Assembly (NCBI GenBank): GCA_965215185.1
Contig: OZ244034.1
Coordinates: 2,016,001-2,080,000 of the forward strand
Length of the DNA stretch: 64,000 bases
Source: Acidimicrobiia bacterium
GTDB taxonomy: Bacteria > Actinomycetota > Acidimicrobiia > Spongiisociales > ZC4RG35
Direction of reading: 5' to 3'
The translations under genes and the position numbers were made by a program. Below the pieces are notes generated by a model, which worked only from the letters and a program-made list of their open reading frames with translations, was not told the DNA's origin and made no database searches. Each line of letters starts with the position of its first letter. Positions within the stretch are counted from its first letter, which is position 1. Shown here piece by piece: positions 39,769 to 49,243 of the stretch.

Positions 39769-41016
39769 GTGACCGTCCCTTTCTCTGAGGCCGAGGAAAA
39801 TACTGACAGGGTCCTCGGAGCTCCTTCCCCATCACGGGTTCCCTGGGCGATAGTGCTGGCCGGGGCCGCCATCGGCCTGTTGTCGATGGGGATCCGACAG
39901 TCATTGGGAGTATTTCTACTGGCGGTAAGCGAAGACCTGGGACCGGGACGGGAACCGTTCAGCCTGGCCGTGGCGGTGCTGAGCCTGCTCATGGGCCTAC
40001 CGGTCGCCGGTTATCTGGCTGATCGCTTCGACCACCGAAGAGTCCTGCTGGCCAGTGCCCTCACCTACGGCTTCGCCCTGATTATGGTGTCCCAGCTTCA
40101 ATCCTCGACCGGTTTGGTGCTGTATCTGGGAGTGGTGGCCGGCCTGGGCACCAGCGGACTGTCATTCGGGGTGTTGATGGGCGCGATCGGGAGGCTGGTC
40201 CCCTTCGAACGACGCTCGGCGATGATGGGAATGGTGGCCGCCGGGACTTCTCTGGGAATGGTGATAGTGGCGCCTACCGCTCAGTGGGGTCTGGAGGCAT
40301 TCGGCTGGCGACCCTCCTTCGCCACGATGGGTGCAGTAGCTCTGGCGATGAGCGCCCTTGCCTTTCTGTTTCCCAACAAGGCCACCATGAGCGAACAAAG
40401 AAAAGGGGTGGTGGACGAACCGTTCACCGAAACGCTGTCAACAGCCCGCCGCAACCGCAGCTACTTGCTGCTCACCGCCGGGTTCTTTGTCAACGGTTTC
40501 CACATCGGGATGATCGTCACCCACCTGCCCGCCTATCTGATCGACGGCGGGGTCACCGGGGCAATGGCTTCCCTCACTCTGGCGGTGATCGGAGGGATCA
40601 ACATCTATAGCTCACAGCTGTTTGGACGGCTGGGAGACACCCACCGCAAACGCAACCTTCTCATGCTGATCTATGGGACCCGGGCCCCGCTTATCGCCGG
40701 CCTCTTGCTGCTGCCGACCAGTACGACTACCGCTCTTCTCTTTGGAGTATGCATCGGGATTGTGTGGATGGGGCCGGTGGCCCTTACCTCAGCCACGGTC
40801 GCCCACCTGCTCGGCGCCCGGTACCTTTCGGCGCTGTTCGGAGTGGTGTTCTTCTCCCACCAGATCGGAGCTTCCCTGGGCGGATGGCTACCCGGCCGGG
40901 TGTTCGACGCCACCGGCTCCTACCTGCCCGTCTGGTTGGTGGCGATCGGATTGGCGGTGGCGGCCGTCTTCATCCACCTCCCCATCCAGGACCAAGGCGA
41001 AGCAGTCGGGAACTGA
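39769..41016 (+). CDS. MFS transporter (tandem paralog of the upstream gene)
   Basis: Same length and shared motifs (GREPFSLAVA, ARRNRSYLLLT.GFFV.GFH, FDATGSY). Confidence 0.9.
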   Translation: MTVPFSEAEENTDRVLGAPSPSRVPWAIVLAGAAIGLLSMGIRQSLGVFLLAVSEDLGPGREPFSLAVAVLSLLMGLPVAGYLADRFDHRRVLLASALTYGFALIMVSQLQSSTGLVLYLGVVAGLGTSGLSFGVLMGAIGRLVPFERRSAMMGMVAAGTSLGMVIVAPTAQWGLEAFGWRPSFATMGAVALAMSALAFLFPNKATMSEQRKGVVDEPFTETLSTARRNRSYLLLTAGFFVNGFHIGMIVTHLPAYLIDGGVTGAMASLTLAVIGGINIYSSQLFGRLGDTHRKRNLLMLIYGTRAPLIAGLLLLPTSTTTALLFGVCIGIVWMGPVALTSATVAHLLGARYLSALFGVVFFSHQIGASLGGWLPGRVFDATGSYLPVWLVAIGLAVAAVFIHLPIQDQGEAVGN

Positions 41017-41107
41017 GCCTCGACAGGACCCCTGGACTTACTCGGCGGGGGGAAGCCCAACTAACCGGACCGTCAACTCACAGCTTCGGGTCATCTGACG
41101 GAGTTGC

Positions 41108-41974
41108 TCATTCCTCAGCTACCACCGGGTTGCGGAGGACGCCCAATCCGTCGATTTCCACCTCGGTCACGTCGCCGGGCCGAAGCCAGCGAGGAGGAGT
41201 ACGGGCCATTCCCACCCCCGGCGGGGTGCCGGTGGCGATCACATCCCCGGTCTGCAGCGTCATCACCGAACTGAGTTCGGCAATGAGTGTGGGGATATCG
41301 AAGATCATGTCCCTGGTGTTGGCATCTTGGAGCGTCTCCCCACTGACCCGGCAGCGAATACCCAGATTGTGCGGGTCGGGGATTTCGTCAGCAGTCACCA
41401 GGGCCGGCCCCATCGGCGAAAAGGTGTCAAAATTCTTACCCAGGGTCCATTGGGTGGTGCGCAACTGGTAGTCACGGGCCGACACGTCGTGGAAGGGCAC
41501 ATACCCGACCACGTGTTCATAGGCGCGCTCAGGTGGGATGTTCCGCCCTCCAGCGCCGATCACCAACCCCAGTTCCGCCTCGTAGTCCACCTTCTTGCTG
41601 ATCTTGGGCAACACAATGGGCGCGTCCGGCCCGATGATGGTGGTGGAATACTTGGCGAACACCACTACGTTCTCGGGAGGCTGGCTCCCGGTTTCAACCG
41701 CGTGGGCAGCATAGTTCTCTCCGATTCCGAACATTTTGGGAGGGTTGAGAATGGGTGCAAGCAGTTCGATCTCGGCATCCGACCATGGTCTTCCTCCAAA
41801 GCCGGCCACTGCCTCGGCGGCCCGCTCCAAGAGTTGCGGTCCACCAGACAGCAACTCCATCATGTCGGTGGGCAACGCCGAATCGGCCTGGTGGAGATCC
41901 ACCACACCCTCATCGGTCTGTGCCCCGATCCTGATCCTTCCTGCTTGTTTGAATGTCACTAAACGCATGGCCAC
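41108..41974 (-). CDS. Fumarylacetoacetate hydrolase family protein
   Basis: NYAAH, VDYEAEL, DVSARD.Q, GKNFDTF.PMGP, GDVIATGTPPGVG. Confidence 0.9.
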   Translation of the reverse strand: MAMRLVTFKQAGRIRIGAQTDEGVVDLHQADSALPTDMMELLSGGPQLLERAAEAVAGFGGRPWSDAEIELLAPILNPPKMFGIGENYAAHAVETGSQPPENVVVFAKYSTTIIGPDAPIVLPKISKKVDYEAELGLVIGAGGRNIPPERAYEHVVGYVPFHDVSARDYQLRTTQWTLGKNFDTFSPMGPALVTADEIPDPHNLGIRCRVSGETLQDANTRDMIFDIPTLIAELSSVMTLQTGDVIATGTPPGVGMARTPPRWLRPGDVTEVEIDGLGVLRNPVVAEE

Positions 41975-42077
41975 TCACTTTACAGCCCGGGAAAACCTCT
42001 CCCACCCGCCCGTTCGTCCACCAACCCGCAGGGTCGCCCTGCCCGGCAAGCAAGCAGATCGGATAAGATACACCGTC

Positions 42078-43106
42078 ATGTCTGGGATGCGTTCCTTACT
42101 TTTCCACGGCCCCGAGCAACCCCCCGAGCGACGGTTCACCGTCGAGCACGTCCCGATGCCGGACCCCGGACCGGGCGAAGTACGTATCAGGGTGGCCGAG
42201 GTTGGTCTGTGCGGAAGCGACCTCCACGGCTATACCGGCGAGTCGGGCCGCAGAGTCGCGGGAATGGTGATGGGACATGAAGCCAGCGGCTGGATCGACA
42301 CGCTGGGCGACGGTGTGTCGGGACCGGCGCCGGGAACCCTGGTCACCTTCAACCCAGCACTGCCGTGCGACGGGTCATGCGGACATGTAATCGAGAGTCG
42401 ATGTGAACTACTGGAGGTGGTGGGTGTAACCCCTCATATCGTTGGCGCCTTCGCTGACTACCTGGTGATCAGAGCCGATCGGATTGTTCCGATACCCGAT
42501 CTGACCCCCACCCAGGGTGCGGTGATCGAGCCCCTGGCGGTGGGATTGCATGCCGCTATGCAGCTCGGCGCCCAGGCGGATGACCGGGTGCTGGTGGTGG
42601 GAGGGGGAATGATCGGTCAGTGCACAGCCCATGCCATCCGTTCCCTCGGCGCTGGTGAGATAGTGATTTCCGAGCCCCATCCCCGACGGCGTTCGATAGC
42701 GGAAGCGGCGGGATTCACCACTCTTCATCCGGACGAAGTCCAAGCAGCAGCTCCATTCGACCGAGCGATGGATGCGGTGGCGATCTCGGCCACGGTGAAA
42801 GCAGCCCTCGACGCCGTCCCCAAGGGAGGGGTGGTGTGCATAGTCGGGCTGGGTATGCCCCAGGTGACGGTTCCTCTCTTCTCGATCGTGGTCGGCGAAC
42901 GAATCGTGGTCGGCTCCTACTGCTACTCTGACGCCACTTTCATCGACGCCGCCCGCAGACTCGCCGAAGGAAGCCTGGATCCCAGTGCCCTGATCGGACC
43001 GACCGTCAGCATGGAGGACTTCCCGCAAGCCTTCGAGGACCTGGCCACCGGGACTCTCTCGGAGGTAAAAGTGCTGATGACCACCGAAGAACCCAACGGC
43101 GGATAG
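42078..43106 (+). CDS. Zinc-dependent alcohol/sugar dehydrogenase (MDR)
   Basis: GLCGSDLH, MGHE, IEPLAVGLHA, GGGMIG. Confidence 0.85.
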   Translation: MSGMRSLLFHGPEQPPERRFTVEHVPMPDPGPGEVRIRVAEVGLCGSDLHGYTGESGRRVAGMVMGHEASGWIDTLGDGVSGPAPGTLVTFNPALPCDGSCGHVIESRCELLEVVGVTPHIVGAFADYLVIRADRIVPIPDLTPTQGAVIEPLAVGLHAAMQLGAQADDRVLVVGGGMIGQCTAHAIRSLGAGEIVISEPHPRRRSIAEAAGFTTLHPDEVQAAAPFDRAMDAVAISATVKAALDAVPKGGVVCIVGLGMPQVTVPLFSIVVGERIVVGSYCYSDATFIDAARRLAEGSLDPSALIGPTVSMEDFPQAFEDLATGTLSEVKVLMTTEEPNGG

Positions 43107-43107
43107 C

Positions 43108-43932
43108 ATGCCCTTTGCCACTCTCCCAACCGGGATAGAGATGTTCTACCAGGTGGAGGGAACTGGCGAGCCTCTCCTGCTGATAATGGGCACCGCGGCA
43201 GACCACACTCCCTGGGCCCGGCAAGTGGAAGATTACCAGGATCATTTCACCGTTATCACCTACGATGCCCGCGGGACGGGCCGCTCGACACATCCGCCCG
43301 ACCCTCGCACCTACTCCATGCGAGTCTTGGCGGATGACGCGGCGGCGCTCCTGGATCATCTGGATATGGGGCCCGCCCACATCTCCGGGCTGTCACTCGG
43401 CAGCGCCACCGCCCAGGAAATTGCCATCAACCACCAAGAAAAGGTGAAATCGGTCCAATTGCACTGCACTTGGGGATACTCCGATCAGTGGTTTTGCCGG
43501 ATGATCGACTCCATGGAATTCATGGTGGCCAACAATGATTTCGAGGCCTACATCCGCTGCGCATTGATGTGGGTGGCCAGTCCTGACTTCATCAACAATC
43601 GGCCCGAGGATGTGCAGGCGTTTGAAACCGGGTTCATCCTGGAGAATCCCTATCCGCCCTCCAAGGAGGGGATGATGGGGCACTTTTGGGCCGACAAGAC
43701 CCACAACACCCTTGATCGGCTCTCGCTCATCACCGTCCCCACCCTGATCACCTCGGGGGAGATGGATCATCAGGTCCCCACCCGTTACGGACGCCAGGTG
43801 GCGGATCGCATCCCCCACTCCACACTGCACATCTTCAAGGGTGAACGCTCCAGCCACATCGCCTTCCACGAGATGCCCGAAGAGTGGAACGCCTACACCC
43901 TGGACTGGATGAAACGTCACACCGACCAATGA
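43108..43932 (+). CDS. Alpha/beta fold hydrolase
   Basis: PLLLIMG, YDARGTGRS, GLSLG nucleophile elbow, GEMD, SHIAF. Confidence 0.85.
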   Translation: MPFATLPTGIEMFYQVEGTGEPLLLIMGTAADHTPWARQVEDYQDHFTVITYDARGTGRSTHPPDPRTYSMRVLADDAAALLDHLDMGPAHISGLSLGSATAQEIAINHQEKVKSVQLHCTWGYSDQWFCRMIDSMEFMVANNDFEAYIRCALMWVASPDFINNRPEDVQAFETGFILENPYPPSKEGMMGHFWADKTHNTLDRLSLITVPTLITSGEMDHQVPTRYGRQVADRIPHSTLHIFKGERSSHIAFHEMPEEWNAYTLDWMKRHTDQ

Positions 43933-44169
43933 GACACCCGGCCAATCGACCTTCTCACCCACCAGAGGACACCCTGGGTAGATGAGAGCCGACGCCGCAC
44001 ACGGGGCACAACTTTTCTTTCGCCAACCTCCGGTATTTGACAAAAGAAAAGTTTCGGCAGTGAGACTCTCCCATTCGGGCCGATGCCCCACCTCCACCTT
44101 GCCATGGGTCAGGGGAAGCCGCGTCCAGCCGCAACCGGGTTGGATTCTTCGGACAGTCTTAATCCCTCG

Positions 44170-44210
44170 AAACGGTCCGAACGACGCCGGAACGGACCGT
44201 TTTGGTGTTT
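44170..44210 (+). terminator. Possible intrinsic terminator hairpin
   Basis: AAACGGTCCG (44170-44179) / CGGACCGTTT (44193-44202) perfect inverted repeat, followed by T-rich sequence. Confidence 0.4.
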
Positions 44211-44285
44211 AGGTCCCTGTCAACTTAGGTATATAAGTCCCTATTGAAACGCACCTGCGGTAGCGTGCGAGATGACGTGCTCCAA

Positions 44286-45173
44286 ATGGCCAAGACCCGG
44301 ATAAGCGACTCTGTGGCGGGGCTGTTCGCTCACGGCGAGCGACCCCTTCAGGACACGGCCCATTTCGCCGGAGACCCCGGCCTATGCGGTCCTGGCTCGG
44401 TGAGTTGGAAGGTCGTTGGAGACATCTCTGCCTTCCTGGGGGGAATCCGGGCCCTGCTCATTCAATCCGCCCATCCCGAGGTTGTTGCCGGTGTGGAGGA
44501 TCACAGCCGTTACCGGGAAGATCCACTGGGACGGCTCAACCGCACCTCCTTTTTCGTTACCACCGCCACCTTCGGCGCCATGCCGGAGGTTGACAGGGCC
44601 GTCAATCGGGTCCGCGCCGTCCATCAAGGTGTAACGGGCCTGTCGTCTCGGAACCGTCCCTACAACGCTTCCATGCCGGACTTGGCGGCGTGGGTGCACA
44701 ACACCCTCACCGAATCCTTTCTAGTGGCGTACCAGGAGTTCGGTCCAGGACTCACCACTGCCCAAGCGGACCGGTTTGTAGCGGAGCAGACCCGAATCGG
44801 GGCGATAATGGGCGCCGACCCTCTCCCCGAGACCGCCGCCGAACTCATAGAGTGGGTCCGATTTCATCCGACGCTCGAGCCCAGTCCCGGAATGGATGGC
44901 GCAGTGAGTTTTCTGCGTCAGCCTCCCATCCCGACACCCCAAAGATGGGGTTATCACGTGTTGATGCAGGGAGCGATCACCACCATCCCTCCGGAGATTC
45001 GGAAGGTCCTCGGTCTGAAGGCCAGATCCGGTGCCCGGCGGAGTGCGGTCGCCCTGAGCGGGGGGCTTCGGTGGGCGATGCGCAACAGCCCGGCGTGGAG
45101 AGCATCGCTTGAGCGTTGCGGCGAGTCATACGATCCGAACAAGTTCCGCCGATTCCCGGTCACAACCCGTTGA
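44286..45173 (+). CDS. DUF2236 / MpaB-like oxygenase family protein
   Basis: GPGSVSW.V, GGIRALLIQ.AHP.V.AGV.DHS.YR.DP.GRL.RT, WVH. Start uncertain. Confidence 0.85.
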   Translation: MAKTRISDSVAGLFAHGERPLQDTAHFAGDPGLCGPGSVSWKVVGDISAFLGGIRALLIQSAHPEVVAGVEDHSRYREDPLGRLNRTSFFVTTATFGAMPEVDRAVNRVRAVHQGVTGLSSRNRPYNASMPDLAAWVHNTLTESFLVAYQEFGPGLTTAQADRFVAEQTRIGAIMGADPLPETAAELIEWVRFHPTLEPSPGMDGAVSFLRQPPIPTPQRWGYHVLMQGAITTIPPEIRKVLGLKARSGARRSAVALSGGLRWAMRNSPAWRASLERCGESYDPNKFRRFPVTTR

Positions 45174-45373
45174 TCCGACCGCGACATTCTGGCGACCCGG
45201 CGTCTTCCGGCCATTGAAAGACATCTGGCCAAGGTCATGTCCTCGACGCTGCATCTGAACACAGATTCGCACCCCGTGCAAGTGACCAATCTGGAGCAAA
45301 CTAAAATATCGCCACAGCTAAGGGCGTTTTTGCTCTTTCTGACCAAGTTCTCTAAGAAAGATCACAGCTGACA

Positions 45374-46249
45374 GTGAAATACCGAGCACCGACCACCATC
45401 AAGGATGCCGTGGCATTGTTGGCTTCCAATCCCGCCGCCCGGGTGTTTGCCGGCGCCACGGACCTGATCCCCCAGTTCCAAGGCGGTCGTCCTGAGCCGT
45501 CGATGATGGTGGACATCAAGCGGATTCCCAAGACCACCCTGCTTGAGAGTCAGGACGGCATTTGGCGGGTGGGAGCGGCCGTCCCCGCGGTTCGCCTGAC
45601 CTCCCACCCGGCACTGGCCGCGGCATTCCCCGGTCTGGTCGAGGGAGCGGGTCTGATCGGATCCGACCAGATCCAGGGACGCGCAACCTTGGGTGGAAAC
45701 CTTTGCAACGCCTCCCCCGCCGCCGATTCCGTTCCCACCTTGGTCGCTCTTCGAGCGGAGGCGGTCATCGTCGGCCCGGGAGGGGAACGTTCCGTTCCGG
45801 TGTCAGAAGTGGTAATCGGCCCGGGAGCCACCTCCCTCAATCAGGCCGAGTTCATCATCGAATTTCGGATCCCCGCTCCCGTTCGGGGGTCCTCCGACGC
45901 CTACGAAAGGTTCATCCCCCGCACCGAAATGGACATCGCGGTGGTGGGGGCGGCGGCCCGGATCCGATTGGATGCCGACGGCAAGTGCCGGGAAGCGACG
46001 GTGGTGCTGGGAGCGGTGGCCCCCACCGTGGTGGAGATGACCGCCGCTACTGAGATCCTGAAGGGACTGGAAATCCCCGAGGACTCTCCGGATGACCCGA
46101 TCTGGACCCAACTGGGCGATGCGGCGGTCTCATGTTGCAACCCGATCGACGACAAGCGCGGCACTGCCGAGTTCCGGCGCCGGGTAGCAGGAGTTCTGGC
46201 GCGCAGGACAGTCATTACTGCCAGCAAGCGCGCCAAGGAGGCCTCATGA
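45374..46249 (+). CDS. Molybdenum hydroxylase FAD-binding (medium) subunit
   Basis: AGATDL, IGSDQIQGRATLGGNLCNASPAADS, RTEMDIAVVG, PIDDKRGT.EFR. Confidence 0.9.
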   Translation: MKYRAPTTIKDAVALLASNPAARVFAGATDLIPQFQGGRPEPSMMVDIKRIPKTTLLESQDGIWRVGAAVPAVRLTSHPALAAAFPGLVEGAGLIGSDQIQGRATLGGNLCNASPAADSVPTLVALRAEAVIVGPGGERSVPVSEVVIGPGATSLNQAEFIIEFRIPAPVRGSSDAYERFIPRTEMDIAVVGAAARIRLDADGKCREATVVLGAVAPTVVEMTAATEILKGLEIPEDSPDDPIWTQLGDAAVSCCNPIDDKRGTAEFRRRVAGVLARRTVITASKRAKEAS

Positions 46250-46743
46250 GCAGGACTTACGTCACATGCATGGTCAACGAAGACCCTATCGACTTTCTGT
46301 GCCACGACAGCCAGACCCTGCTCAGCGCCCTCCGCGACGAGTTGGGGATGACCGGCACCAAGGAGGGCTGTGGAACAGGAGACTGCGGCGCCTGTTCGGT
46401 GATCCTCGATGGGCAACTGGTTTGCTCCTGTTTGGTGTTCGCCCCCGAGGTGGAGGGCCGCACTGTCGAGACCATTGAAGGCCTGGCAAGAAGGGACCGC
46501 CTTCACCCGCTGCAAGATGGTTTTCTGGAAGGAGCGGCTCTGCAATGTGGCGTGTGCACCCCTGGGTTCCTCATGGCTGCCAAGGCCTTGTTGGACCGCA
46601 ACCCTTCTCCCACCGAGACCGAGGTGCGCTACGGGGTGGCCGGGAACCTGTGCCGCTGTACCGGATACGACAAAATCGTCCGCTCCATTCTGGATGCCGC
46701 CGCCCGGATGAGAGAACAACACACCCAAGAGGAGAACACATGA
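46246..46743 (+). CDS. Molybdenum hydroxylase (2Fe-2S) small subunit
   Basis: GTKEGCGTGDCGACSV..CSC, QCGVCTPG, GNLCRCTGY; ATGA overlap. Confidence 0.92.
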   Translation: MSRTYVTCMVNEDPIDFLCHDSQTLLSALRDELGMTGTKEGCGTGDCGACSVILDGQLVCSCLVFAPEVEGRTVETIEGLARRDRLHPLQDGFLEGAALQCGVCTPGFLMAAKALLDRNPSPTETEVRYGVAGNLCRCTGYDKIVRSILDAAARMREQHTQEENT

Positions 46744-48992
46744 CCACCAAAACCGGTTACAAATGGGTGGGAACTCGCCCGATACGTCATGACGGGCTCG
46801 ACAAGGTCACCGGACGGGCCCGGTTCGGAGCAGACTTCGCCATAGCCGGGATGCTTCACGGAGCGGTGCTGCGCAGTCCCCACGCCCATGCCCGCATCCT
46901 CTCGATCGACTTGTCCGAAGCGTTGACTCTCCCCGGGGTGAAAGCGATCATCACCGGAAGCGACCTGCCCGACCTCGGCGACGAGAAGGTCGAGGGTGGT
47001 GAGGGTGACGCGACCTACCGGGACCTATCTCGCAATATTCTGGCGCGCGACAAAGTGCTCTACGAGGGACACCCGGTGGCGGCGGTGGCGGCGGTCACCC
47101 TCCGCATCGCCAAACAAGCCGCCCAGCTCATTCAGGTGAGGTACGAGGTTCTGCCTCCCGTGCTTTCCCTGGGGGAGGCTATGGCGGAAGGCGCTCTTCC
47201 GATACATGACGATCTGTTCACGTCCGGACTCGACTCACCTCCCGAACAGGCCTCCAACATCGCCGCTCGCCACGTGATCAGCCGCGGGGACCTCGCAACC
47301 GGTTGGGCCGACGCCGAGGTGATCGTGGAACAGGAATACTCGACCAAAGCAGTGCATCAGGGCTACATAGAGCCTCATGCCGTTGTTGCCCAGGTAAACG
47401 AGGACGGAAGGTCGACGCTGTGGTGCTCCTCACAGGGGCATTTCGTAATACGCGCCCTCACCGCCAAGGTGCTGGGCTGGGAAACCGGCGACATGAAAGT
47501 GATCCCGGCCGAGATCGGGGGAGGCTTTGGGGGAAAAACCACCGTGTACCTGGAGCCCTTGGCCGCATTGCTGTCACGCCGGGCTGGCCGGCCGGTGAAG
47601 ATGGTGATGACCCGAGACGAGGTGTTCCGGGCCACGGGCCCCACCTCCGGGGCGGTGATGAGAATCAAGATGGGCGCCCGTCGCGACGGTAAGCTGGTGG
47701 CCGCCACCGCCTGGATGGCCTACGAGGCAGGCGCTTTCCCGGGATCGCCGATCGGACCGGGCGTTATGACTGTTTTTGCTCCCTACGACATCCCCAACGT
47801 ACTGATCGAGGGCTTTGACGTGGTTCTCAACAAGCCGAAGGTTGCCGCCTACCGAGCGCCGGGAGCTCCCATGGCAGCATTCGCCGCCGAATCGGTGATA
47901 GACGAATTGGCCGAGCAACTGGATATCGATCCCTTGGAGTTGCGGCTGCGGAACGCAGTCACCGAGGGGGTGCGGGCAGTGTACGGACCCAGGTACCGAA
48001 AGATCGGGCTGGTGGAGACTCTTGAGGCGGCGCGGGATCATCCTCACTACGCCGCGCCGCTCGGCCCTTGGCAGGGACGGGGAGTGGCTACCGGGTATTG
48101 GTTCAATTACGGAGGGGAGACCACCGCCACGGTGAGCATCAACCTGGACGGCACGGCAGTGGTCATGTCAGGTTGCCCTGACATCGGCGGCTCACGAGCC
48201 TCGCTGGCACTGATGGCCGCCGAGGAACTGGGGATCGACGTTTATCGTATCGAACCGGTGGTGGCCGACACCCACTCCATCGGATACAACGACCTGACCG
48301 GAGGGAGCCGGGTTACATTTGCGGTGGGCATTGCGGTGGTGCAGGCCGCCCGCCAGTTGATCGATGACATGTGCAGTCGGGCCGCCCGGATGTGGGATGT
48401 TCCACGGGAAGAAGTGGAGTGGGTGGACGGGCGAGCTCAGAGCGTCACCGGCGGTTTCCCGCCCCTCACCCTGGAAGAACTGGCCGCTGGATCGGCGGGC
48501 ACCGGAGGGCCGCTGTCGGCCACCAAGACGGTGAACCCCCGGGGGGTGGGGGTGGCGTTCTCCACCCAGATCTGTGATGTGGAGGTTGATCCCGACACCG
48601 GAAGGGTGACCGTCCTTCGCTACACGGTGACCCAGGACGCCGGGCGCGCTATCCATCCCGACTATGTGGAAGGGCAGATGCAGGGTGGAGCGGTGCAGGG
48701 CATCGGCTGGGCCCTGAACGAGGAGTACATTTTCGATCGGAAGGGGGTGATGGAAAACCCCGGTTTCTTGGATTATCGGATGCCGGTCGCCTCCGACTTG
48801 CCCATGATCGACACGGTGATCGTGGAAGTGCCCAATCCCGATCACCCTTACGGGGTGCGCGGAGTGGGCGAAGTCGGGATCGTCCCTCCCCTGGCGGCGG
48901 TGGCCAACGCCATCTATGCCGCCACCGGCAAGCGATTTCGGGAACTCCCTATGTCTCCGATAAGAGTGCTGGAGGCGTTATCTTCGGACTGA
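46740..48992 (+). CDS. Xanthine-dehydrogenase-family molybdopterin-binding large subunit
   Basis: RSPHAHA, HQGYIEPH, IGGGFGGK, AYRAPG loop, GGSR, EGQMQGG, GVRGVGE; ATGA overlap. Confidence 0.9.
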   Translation: MTTKTGYKWVGTRPIRHDGLDKVTGRARFGADFAIAGMLHGAVLRSPHAHARILSIDLSEALTLPGVKAIITGSDLPDLGDEKVEGGEGDATYRDLSRNILARDKVLYEGHPVAAVAAVTLRIAKQAAQLIQVRYEVLPPVLSLGEAMAEGALPIHDDLFTSGLDSPPEQASNIAARHVISRGDLATGWADAEVIVEQEYSTKAVHQGYIEPHAVVAQVNEDGRSTLWCSSQGHFVIRALTAKVLGWETGDMKVIPAEIGGGFGGKTTVYLEPLAALLSRRAGRPVKMVMTRDEVFRATGPTSGAVMRIKMGARRDGKLVAATAWMAYEAGAFPGSPIGPGVMTVFAPYDIPNVLIEGFDVVLNKPKVAAYRAPGAPMAAFAAESVIDELAEQLDIDPLELRLRNAVTEGVRAVYGPRYRKIGLVETLEAARDHPHYAAPLGPWQGRGVATGYWFNYGGETTATVSINLDGTAVVMSGCPDIGGSRASLALMAAEELGIDVYRIEPVVADTHSIGYNDLTGGSRVTFAVGIAVVQAARQLIDDMCSRAARMWDVPREEVEWVDGRAQSVTGGFPPLTLEELAAGSAGTGGPLSATKTVNPRGVGVAFSTQICDVEVDPDTGRVTVLRYTVTQDAGRAIHPDYVEGQMQGGAVQGIGWALNEEYIFDRKGVMENPGFLDYRMPVASDLPMIDTVIVEVPNPDHPYGVRGVGEVGIVPPLAAVANAIYAATGKRFRELPMSPIRVLEALSSD

Positions 48993-49234
48993 TGGCCCAG
49001 GTCTTCTTTCCCACCGCCCTGCGACAACTCACCGCCGGGGTGAAGGAGTGTGAAGTGGAGGCCTCCACGATGAGGGAACTCGCTACCCGCTTGGAGGAAC
49101 GCTACCCCGGCATCGGCGTGCAACTGAGGTCGGCGGCGGTGGTCATCGACGGCGACATTGTCCCGGGCGCTTGGCTGGAGAGGCTGGAACCGGACAGCGA
49201 GATTCATTTCCTCCCAGCCCTCAGCGGGGGCTAG
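48992..49234 (+). CDS. MoaD/ThiS family sulfur-carrier protein
   Basis: 80 aa ubiquitin-like protein ending LPALSGG; TGATG overlap. Confidence 0.85.
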   Translation: MAQVFFPTALRQLTAGVKECEVEASTMRELATRLEERYPGIGVQLRSAAVVIDGDIVPGAWLERLEPDSEIHFLPALSGG

Positions 49235-49243
49235 GCAACCGGG

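Noticed and set aside
45374-48992. Aerobic CO dehydrogenase (coxMSL)
   Set aside because: Gene order fits, but the active-site loop is AYRAPG, not AYRCSFR or AYRGAGR, and there are no coxDEFG accessory genes.
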